From NCBI GenBank assembly GCA_023213395.1, contig CM041465.1, positions 70,687,741-70,751,740 on the forward strand: a DNA stretch of 64,000 bases, read 5' to 3'. The translations under genes and the position numbers were made by a program. This document shows positions 54,734 through 64,000 of the stretch, one piece after another (position 1 is the first letter of the stretch; the number at the start of each line of letters is the position of its first letter). The notes under the pieces were generated by a model. The model was given only the letters and a program-made list of their open reading frames with translations. It ran no database searches and was not told where the DNA came from. The stretch comes from Cycas panzhihuaensis (taxonomy: Eukaryota > Plantae > Cycadophyta).

Positions 54734-57700
54734 GTGCAACAGAAAAAAGAAAATAAATGCACTAATCCAAATGAAAAAAGGCTTTGATTATGAGCCAATG
54801 GCTGCTCAATCTTACATCGAATTTAATAGATAAGGCTTTGGTCACTAATATGATAATATGTTTAAGATCGTGAATAGTATATGTTTCATAGCAAAACAAT
54901 ATATGTATTCAATATTTAACTATGCAAAGATTGTGCTATAAAACCAAAAAAATTTCATATATGTTGAAGAAAGTATATCAAATAAATCTACAAAGTTTAA
55001 GCTTCTTTGAAACTAATCAAGCTTCCAATGCTACCAACACATAGATCTATAAAGTTTTAAGTTTTGAGAACAGATCTAAATATATTGATGAAAATATATC
55101 AAATAATATGCATATATATTTATATCTAATATTTTTCAAATGTATAAGAGAAGAGATATCAAAGAAATGAGAAAATATATATTTAAATCTGAAATAAAAC
55201 AAGAAACCTGGTAAGCAGAAAGTGCATTTGTAGTAGGTTGACTTCTAAAGATGAGATCTTCTTCCATATAAATCAAAGCTTCAAACAGATTTCTCTAGTA
55301 GGCATATCTGCTAGAATATATGGCCTGTTGGGCTGAATATGCACCAAAACTCAGATTTGAAAAGAATTTAAAAAATCACAAATATATGATAAAATAAGGA
55401 TCCTAAGAATGTGGCATATCTGAAGAAAACTTGAATAAATATTATAGATCTTAAAGTAAGTATTGCAGATGTAAAGTAAATATTACAGATATATACCCAA
55501 TATTGTAGATCCGGCAAATAAACCCAAAAATAGTGAAATATTTAATAAAATAAGTAGATCTAAAAATATATATAGCAAATCAAATAAATATTGGTATATA
55601 AAGTAAATATTATAGATATATAGCCAATATTATAGATCCGAAATAAATATAGTAGATCTAAAAAAGTAAACTACAAAATGGTGAAATATTTAATAAAATA
55701 AGAAGATCCAAGAATATATAATAGATCCAAGAAAACTTAAATGAATATTACTGAGCTATGCTCTTGCATCTTAAAAAGTATTAGATAAATAGATAAATAT
55801 ACTTGAAAAATATCAAATATACGATAAAAATATATAAAACTTGTTGATGAAACTTCTATAGAATGATAAAAGCTTGATATTTGTTATTTTGCAAATTATA
55901 CACTTACATAAATCAAGAAAGTTTAAAATATATTTATTATTTTCTAAGTATAACTCAAGAATAAGTAGATCTGATAAAAAATAATATAAGAAACTATTGA
56001 ATAAACTTTGTAGAAAATTAATATAACCAATTTTTGTTACTATGAGTAAATCATTTCAAAATACCGAATAAATCTTCCTTCTTCTTCAAAAAACTTCATA
56101 TGGAGATGCACTAGCCCAACAATATCTACTTGGATACTAAATGTAGGAAAAATAATGGATGGAGAACATGGTACAATATAAAAGAGATAATCATAAATCA
56201 ATACATCATCATTGCACAAACACAAGATCCATTGTATTTAATCCATTTTTGTAGAGAGAGTATTATAAATATCCAAAATGAAGGTGATGTTTAAAGACAC
56301 TAGGGTTGCACACCCCTCAAAATATATAGTTTAGGGGAGGAGGGAAACTCTTCAACCCCTAAAATTTAATTAACAATAAAATAATAACTTAACTTAACTC
56401 AAATGAACTTAACTCAACTTAAATCAAATCAACTTAAACTTACCTTATATTACTTACATATGTGAGCACCCACATGTGTAAATTGATGAGTGTAAAGTGC
56501 ACTCGTTGAAGGTGGGAGAGGGGTGATGAGCATTAACCCCAACACCTGTTACTCTACTTAGGATTTGTTATGTAAAGAGAAAGAATGCTAACAGAATATA
56601 CAATATAAGGTCTTGTGTCTACCTCTTGATCATCGTCACGCCTGTTAGTTTGATATTGGGTTCCATTAGAGTGGCTATAGTTTGAGCATCTTCTAATTGA
56701 AACTTCGTCAGAAGATCGTTGATGTACTTTTCTTGAGAAAGAATGATTTTTCCATCTTTCTAAGTGACTTTAATCCCTAGTTAGTATTTCATTAATCTAA
56801 GGTCAGATAGTTCAAATGTTTTAGCTAAGTCCTTCTCTACCGGTTAATCGCTCGCTTAACTTCCATGTTATAAGCATATTATCCATAAAGATTAAGAGAT
56901 AAGTGACTTTATCTTTTTGGCATTTGATGAGCAATGTTGCATCAATATCCTAGTAGTCACAAACCTCATATCGAAGTTGCTTTATTATTTCTAAAAACAT
57001 AATGAACCAAGCACAAGGGGCTTATTTAAGGCCGCACAAGGACTTTTTGAGTCTACACACCTTATGCTCTAGATTAGCAATCTCAAATCTTTTAGGTTGA
57101 GCTATGTATATTTTCTCTTCAAGATCAACATTAAGAAATGTAGTTCTTATATCGAGTTGGTGAATCTTTCAGCCTTGTTGAGTTGCTAAGGCCATAAGAG
57201 TTCTAATCAGGCCACTTAGTTGTAGGTGGAAAGACTTTAGTGTAGTTGATGCCTTCCCTTCAGGTGAATCCTTTGCTACCAACTTTGCCTTATGTTTTTC
57301 AAGGGTGCCATCAGATCTATATTTATTTTTATACACCCATTTCTTTTAAACTACCTTTGTTCTAAGTGATAGGTCAATGAGCTCCCATGTACCATTTTTT
57401 ATAAGAGATCGATACTCTTCATTCAAAACATTCCTTCAAGTTGTGTGTTTTATGCCTTCTTAGTATGAGAGGCTCTTCATCGAGAGAAAGATAAAATTCT
57501 ACTAGTTCTAACTCAATGAAAATTGATTCTTGTATCTTAGCTCTATGGGCACTTCAAATACTAATTTTTTCAACCTCATCAGGTCGTACATCCTTATTTA
57601 ACTAATAGGCTTCACGAGAACCTTAAGTTGGGAATGAGGACTTTATTTATCCAACTACATGGTCTTCATTTAGATCCTAAGAGGGATCATTTTATATATT

Positions 57701-59789
57701 TGTTGAGAAGGATATCGATGTATCCGAGGAGCATGGTCCATCTACCATCGCTTTGCCTTTGTCAACTCTATTATTCTTAAATGGTGGTGCATGATGTGTA
57801 CTCATTAGTTGAGAGTCATAGCTACCATCCTCTGTAACTCTATTATCAGATTCCAATAGTTTGAGTAACTCTTGAGTGTTCCTCCCCCCCCACCCCTTGC
57901 CAAGTTTTAGAATCTATACATCATATTGAGTAACATCATAATAATGGTTATTTGGTAATTTAGAGTCTAATTGTAATAATTGATCTTCTATTTCAGTAAA
58001 CACCACATCTCTAGTAATGATAATCTTCTACTATAAAGGTATTAAAAACTTGTACCCTTTCCTGTCCATGGGTATCCAACAAAGATGCCTTTAAGTGGCC
58101 TAGCCTAGAGTTTATTTCTATCTCCATCTAATATATGGGCATAATATATTAAGATAAATATTTTGAATTGGTGGTAGTGAGGGTCTCCGTCACACTTTTC
58201 ATTAGAGAAGTTCCTCCTTTAGATGGGTCACAACATTCATACAATAAATAATCGCCTAAATTGCCTCGCCCATAAGTGAGAAGGTACACTTTATAAACCA
58301 ATATAGATCAAGCCATATTCATAATAGACCTATTCATGTGCTCGACAATTTATTCTATTAGTGGGTGCCTACTATTGTAGTATGATGCTTGATGTCATTA
58401 TCTTATAGATAGGATTCAAACTCAAGAGAGGTATATTCTCCACCATTATATGTTTGGAGACACTTAATCTAATAACTGACTTTTCAAAGTAGCTTTAAAA
58501 GCTTTAAAGACACTAAATGCCTCATCTTTCTTAATGTAAAATTCACCCACACTTTCCTAGTAAAATCATTAATGAAGGATATGTAATATAATTTCATTAA
58601 TGATGAAATGGGCATTGGTCCACATAGATCAGAGTATACCAATTGAAGAGGATGACTTGATTTCCACTAACTATCAATAAAGGGCTATCTATAATATTTG
58701 ACTATGATACATGCTTCATATTTTAAGGGCTTGGAGAAGAACTTGGGTAGACCTGGAAGGGTATGACAAAGATCACTAAGTTGATTTATATGAACATGGC
58801 CCACGCGAGTATGCAAAAGATCTTCTAAAGACAACTTAAGGTGTGTCAAAGTGGTATTAAAAGCAAAGTCTTTATCAATACAACATATGCAATATTATGA
58901 TAAGCCAATAGATGTAATACTAATTATTTAGACACTCGAGATCTATAAATATAGATTAAAGTCTAAACTATATACAACATTAGATTTCTTTAAAATGTAA
59001 ATAATATAATTTTGGGGTTTTACCGAGAGGGTTTCCATCTCAATTCTAATGTCTTATGTGCTTTCATTCTATTGAAATCTAATTTGTGTGAAAGATTCTA
59101 TCGACCGCTTGCATATAGGTGTTTCCTAAGAGTTTCTCAATAGAACTTATAAATAAATAGATAAATGCACATAAACTTTCTTCGATACCATGCCAAATTG
59201 ATTAACATGATCACTATTATAAATTTGCATGCATATATATCAAACTAAAAGTAGGAAACATAAATAAATACATTAAATGTGTTTGTAATACCAATTCCAT
59301 TAGCCCTATATAAACTCTCTCTATCTTTTGTATTTTATATTAGAGTTATAACACCTTGATATGTGTGCCACCTTTAAGTAGTCCAATGGGGTTCTCTCAC
59401 TAGTGGTGAGCTTGTACTATAACTATATACTATTCTTTGCTCATAATTGTGTTTTGGCCAATTCTCCAACATGGTGTCTATTTTATACATACTTCATCTT
59501 TTTATTGCTCACCATTAGGGTTTGATATGCTTATTACATTCCTAATTCTAACATGGTATCAAAGCCCAAGGTTCAATCTTTAGAGGCATTTCTTGTAAAC
59601 CCTAGAACATGTTATCCTTGTTTTTAGCTTTCAAGTCTTGTAAATTTTTTATGTATTTTTATGACTTTGTCAAGTTGAAGATCATTTCAAGTTACATCTT
59701 ATGCATATTTTGCTATGGGACCTATCAAGTTTTGAAGGTTATTTTTATGTTTATGAGAGGTTGTTTCAAGCCTATTTTGAAGTTTTGTA

Positions 59790-59950
59790 GTTGTTTGAAG
59801 CATGTTGATGTCGCCAAGTGGATATCTTCTCCACATATAGTCACAATAAATGTGCATGCAGGTAAAAGTCCACAAAAGGTCATGTTTAGATTCCAATTAT
59901 TAGAAGACCATCTCCATTGCATGTCAATGGATAAGAATGCAATCAAGATT
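59790..59950 (-). pseudogene. Possible captured PLS-PPR fragment in G
   Basis: NMTFCGLLPAC....CGEDIH (ORF 59725-59946) resembles the PPR L-motif xTFxxLLxAC...GxxIH. Confidence 0.45.
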
Positions 59951-60392
59951 ATTGATAGTAGTTGAGAGAGTCCTTCTTAGCTAGAGTGACTTTATTTTGA
60001 TTTTTTTTTTTTAATCAGATCTATAGGTGGATAAAGGTCATGTTCCTTTCTACTAATATGTACCACTTTATGTGAAAATATTCAAAAAAAATATTCTATA
60101 TTTTGGCCTATGCTCTTATGTATTTTTTTTCAAAAAAAAAGGGAGTCTACCAAATTTGGAGTTCTAGATGAAGTTCTCAACTCTATGTCTGTTACAAATG
60201 AACACTTCTAGACTACTCTTGGTTCCAGTAATTCTTTTGCACTCCGAAAGTGAGCACCAATCCTAATAACTTCATTTCAGTCGCCATTATTATATTGCTT
60301 ACACTTCAAATATTTTTTACTATTTCGCACCTTAAAGGCTTGGCCTTGCGATTCAAGCCCTTGTTAATGGTCCGAATTCATCGATCAATCTA

Positions 60393-60830
60393 ATGGCCAC
60401 CACCAAGAGTACTTAGACCGTGATGTTATGTTTAGAAAATCAAGGCCAAGGTTGATAATAAGATGTGCTTGACTCAATGCAAAAATATGAGTTGGACTTC
60501 TATGACGTATAAGGTGTTTATTTGCCTTGATTATTCAAATGATGCATCGAGTCTTCGCGTTCATATTAGTTTTGTTACTGACAAACCTGGACACATGGAC
60601 ATTAGAATAGTTGAAAGTGATGGTTTTTGGTGGTAATGGACGTGCACAGATTTTCTCAAGCAACATGGTTGGATAGATGGTGGGAAGATTGAATCTAAAT
60701 ATACTTTAAGAGCAGTTGAGCTATATAGGCATCTTCTTGTCAAAGAAGTAAATAAGAGCATTAATGGTATCATTTCTTCATCACATGCATTACCTAATTC
60801 TCCTCAAAGCGTGTTGGTCCCATGGATGGT
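60393..60830 (+). pseudogene. Captured, apparently processed ArfGAP (AGD8/9/10-like, Glo3-type) 5' coding region; putative 5' UTR from ~60220
   Basis: With small frameshifts it reads DRDVMFRK.KAKVDNKMC...NAK..SWTSMTYKVFICLDYS..H.SLRVHISFV..TNLDTWTLE*LKVMVFGGNGRAQI..KQHGWIDGGKIESKYTLRAVELYRHLLVKEVNKS, the whole ArfGAP domain with no intervening sequence. Confidence 0.92.
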
Positions 60831-62851
60831 ATATGAATGCAAAAGCTTCTTAACAGGTCAGATCCTCACCATGGCTCCTCAAATACTTAACGACGACAAT
60901 TTAGAGATTCGACGACAACAATACACAGCGTCGTCATGTACGTCGACTTACATCCTAGGTAATGCCGTGGAAGAGGGCGCCACCATCGACAAAACTCCGC
61001 AAACTCTCTATAAATTCAGTGAGACCGCAAATTGACTTCAATGATGCACACCTTCTCCACTAATGACCTTCAAAATACCAAATGGCAAAGGGCCCTCTCA
61101 ATGGTGCATAAACCTAATAGGGTTTATTTTAAATTAATATTTTATTTTAGCGTATGATGTTTTAAACGTGCGAATGCGAATTATTATTAAAAGGGGTTAT
61201 TTTTTTTCAATTTAAAAAAATTAATTAAATCATATTAGATAATAGTTTCGAGTCTGATTAGCCCCCATCCACTTAGCCCCCAAGTCATATGCAGCATTTA
61301 TATGACCTCCAGCTCATAGTAAAAGGGGCTAATTCCTATTTTCAACTTTTTTTTAGGAGTACCTGTCACTTTTTTTACTATATCTTGAGATTGGGAGGTA
61401 TGATTTTAGTCCCGTCTGTTGTGTTGGATCCATGTAGAGACCTTTTAATTTGGTAGGTCATTTGACATATATTTGGAGTAGTTTCATGGAGATTTTTTCT
61501 TTTCATTCAAAGTCATACATTCCCACTTATCTTCATTGTTTCTCAGCTTCTATAGGCACATATTGTATTTTTTAGGCTTCTTGATGTAATGTACCCTAAA
61601 TGCGGGGGATATCATGTACTATGGATTTATTCTTGGATCTTGAAGAACCCATTGTGATCATATTATACTTCATTTATGAGAGAAATTCATATGTGCTACA
61701 TAAGTTACACATCATTTTTCAATCATGTAAGAATTTTTAATGCTGGTTATTTTTTGCCCATGGTGGTAAGTCGATAGCCCAGTGAGGCATCTTTTTAGCC
61801 TATATGGCATGTTTGAGGCCATAGTTCCATTGTATTTCTAGCCAATAGATGCCAAAGAAGTGCTAGTCCTATTGAGAAAGAGGTAGGACACATTTTTAGA
61901 AACTACTCTTGCCTGCCATGTGCTTCTTATATATATATATATATATATTCCTACTTACACTCCCATATGAGAAAGGGGTGGGATCTTATTCAACTACTCT
62001 TGCCAACTCCTGATTAATCCACATATACAAAGGGAGTTCCTAACCAACTGGCAGTTGCAGCAGCTAATAACCCATGCATTCTGGTAGATGGACTCCACTT
62101 TATATGGACTTCAAGAATTTCTTATTCGTGCGGCGCTTATGATCTAGTAGACTTTTGGAGACTTGAGCTTATCATTGATATGATGACATTTATGTAATTG
62201 ACTATTACAAGGGGGAATGTTAGTGTAATACTCCAATTCCATTAGCCCTATGTAAACTCTCTCTATCTTTTGTATTTTATATTAGAGTTGTGGGTCAATT
62301 GATATGTGTGCCACCTCAAAGTAGTCCAATGGGGTTCTCTCACTAGTGTGAGCTTGTACTATAAGTATGTACTATTCTTTATTCATAATTGAGTTTTGGC
62401 TAATTCTCCAATATGGTATCTATTTTGTACATACTTCATCTTTTATCAAGCCACCATTATGGTTTGATATGCTTACATTACTAATTTAATAAAATGTATG
62501 TAAATATCTTACAAATAAGTGTGATTTATAAATTAATTATACCATGCATATAAATTTTGGTAGAGCTTCTACATACACCATAATTCATCATACAATAATG
62601 GGATAGTACTTAATATATAAGTATTCAAAACCCAAATATAGAAATATGATTAACTGATATAATGGGCCAATATTATTGGCTCATTATTTGGAAATTAAAT
62701 GGACCTAACTACATTATGAATTATATTTAAATTACAAATAAGGGTTTAAACCTAATATTACATATGATACATAATAATGTTATAAAAGTATATAATATAT
62801 AATTACATATTAGAAATATATTACAAAGAGCTATTGCAAGTTATTTAAATA

Positions 62852-64000
62852 GATATATTCTGATATGGTATAAGAGATAATTAAAAATTCTAATATGGTA
62901 TCAAAGCCATGGTGAAGTATTAGAGATCAGGTTAAGAGCCATGGTTGCAAGCCTATACAGAGCCAGTTGACGAGTCAGTACAAAGCTAGTATATAAGTTA
63001 GTTTTAATGACTATTTAAAGAGTGAAGACTCCATTATGCTAGTGATATATGATGAATAATTTAGAGTATGATGAAGATATTAAGAGCTACATATAGAAGA
63101 TTAAGTCACATGAAGATGAATATAATAAAACTAATGGGTATATTGATTATTAAATTTATTGTAGATGTTTATATTATGCATGTAACACATATTCAATAAA
63201 CATGCAAGTTTGAAACTAGTCCACCAAATATGATCTGATGAGGAGAATTATTGCCAGTTGCATTTACTAATATAAATCGAATTTCTATAGAAATTATTAA
63301 GATCTAGTGAAGACCAACCATCCCACTAAACCTTATAATTAGCAACAACAAGATCATATTACATAAGTGATAATGACATCTCTTACCTAGATTTTAATCA
63401 TGGATTTTTTAATTTACATTTTGCTGATGGATTTTCTTCCAATTAATGGTATTTTTGTAATAGTTTGTTGTTGAGAGATAACAACAAAAATAAGATTGAT
63501 ATGAAGACATGAGAAGCAAATCAGTGAGAAGCAAGCTAATAACCCTATTAGAGTGAAATAAGTAGCAACATATACAAATGATATACGACGATGAATTTTT
63601 TTTATAAATAAGCTTTATTAATTTATTGCATGGTAAGTTAGTATTCAAATAAGGGATTCAACCTTAGTTAAGTGTGTAGATTCTTATGATTGTTAAGCAT
63701 AAAAATAAATTAAGGTTTGCAACTAAGGTTTATTAGAATATAGATTGAGTGTGAGAGCATAACCTAAGCTTGTGTATATTATAGGCCACAAGAAGGTATA
63801 CATTCTAATACTATGAGATATTATGGTATCAATTTAGGGATTTTCATATAAAAAGAATATTAATATAACTTGCAAAGGATACAAATCATTTGATGCTTTC
63901 TTATAGAAGATCATTAATGAATATGTGACTACCATTTAGAATGATGAAATTAGAGATACCACAGCACATCATGGGCCATCCTATATAATCCTTTCATAAT
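62852..64000 (+). mobile_element. Element I: end of 5' LTR, PBS and decayed gag of an older Copia element whose LTR was split by C (left part lies before 37452)
   Basis: ...AATTCTAATA followed by PBS TGGTATCAAAGCC at 62896; DEENYC(Q) gag-like start near 63235. Left LTR boundary not resolved. Confidence 0.6.

Larger units (their letters stand above)
50940..56544 (-). mobile_element. Element F: non-autonomous Copia-derived LTR element (partial gag, no pol) carrying captured host gene fragments
   Basis: LTRs 50940-51344 and 56142-56544 (~8% different); perfect TSD CCTGT; PPT rc TTCTCCCCCTTAAT at 51345; degenerate PBS rc at 56128-39. Gag N-terminus (FPIFDGHNFSLW...WDILISTYGE) at ~51780-52065. 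No RT or integrase. Confidence 0.92.
49642..58880 (-). mobile_element. Copia E: 5'-truncated minus-strand element (3' LTR, RNaseH, RT, integrase) inserted in the 3' LTR of D and interrupted by F
   Basis: LTR 49642-~49948 followed by PPT rc CCCTCCTTAAT. RNaseH ~50400-50939 (NQDANIFTKPL), RT 56550-57480 (WELIDL, HQLDIRTTFLN), integrase ~58000-58700, GAG-pre-integrase HTRVGH near 58800. No gag or 5' LTR. Confidence 0.8.
59280..62491 (+). mobile_element. Element G: 3.2 kb non-coding LTR element (TRIM/LARD-like) carrying captured host gene fragments, inserted in the 5' LTR of C
   Basis: LTRs 59280-59553 and 62218-62491 (~274 bp, ~10% different); TSD AAATG (59275-79 / 62492-96); PBS TGGTATCAAAGC at 59554; PPT ACAAGGGGGAA. 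No gag or pol recognised. Confidence 0.93.

Overview
Plant nuclear DNA from a very large, AT-rich, transposon-saturated genome; the decayed LTR landscape looks gymnosperm-like, which is an inference. There is one near-intact host gene, a 3-exon LRK10L/WAK-associated non-RD receptor-like kinase on the minus strand (6723-8859, with a probable +1 frameshift in its tail), plus a dead partial duplicate of its promoter and exon 1 (30096-31614). The rest is mostly decayed TEs: a LINE, a probable hAT remnant, Gypsy remnants and a series of Ty1/Copia-type LTR elements, several with readable LTR pairs, PBS, PPT and TSDs. Copia B (18740-25036) sits in the protease motif of Copia A (15032-28664). A five-level nest runs I > C (37452-62851) > D (44238-59131) > E (49642-58880) > F (50940-56544), with G (59280-62491) inside the 5' LTR of C. 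The most interesting signal is that non-autonomous elements F and G carry cassettes of captured host gene fragments: ArfGAP AGD8/9/10-like (apparently intronless), PMT methyltransferase, PPRs and AKR2-like. These cassettes occupy the same slot of the 5' leader, directly upstream of a shared CCCC...GGGG hairpin motif that also occurs in elements A and C, suggesting a gene-capturing 'Pack-LTR' lineage. All identity values are hand counts and all family calls come from motif recognition, not database searches.
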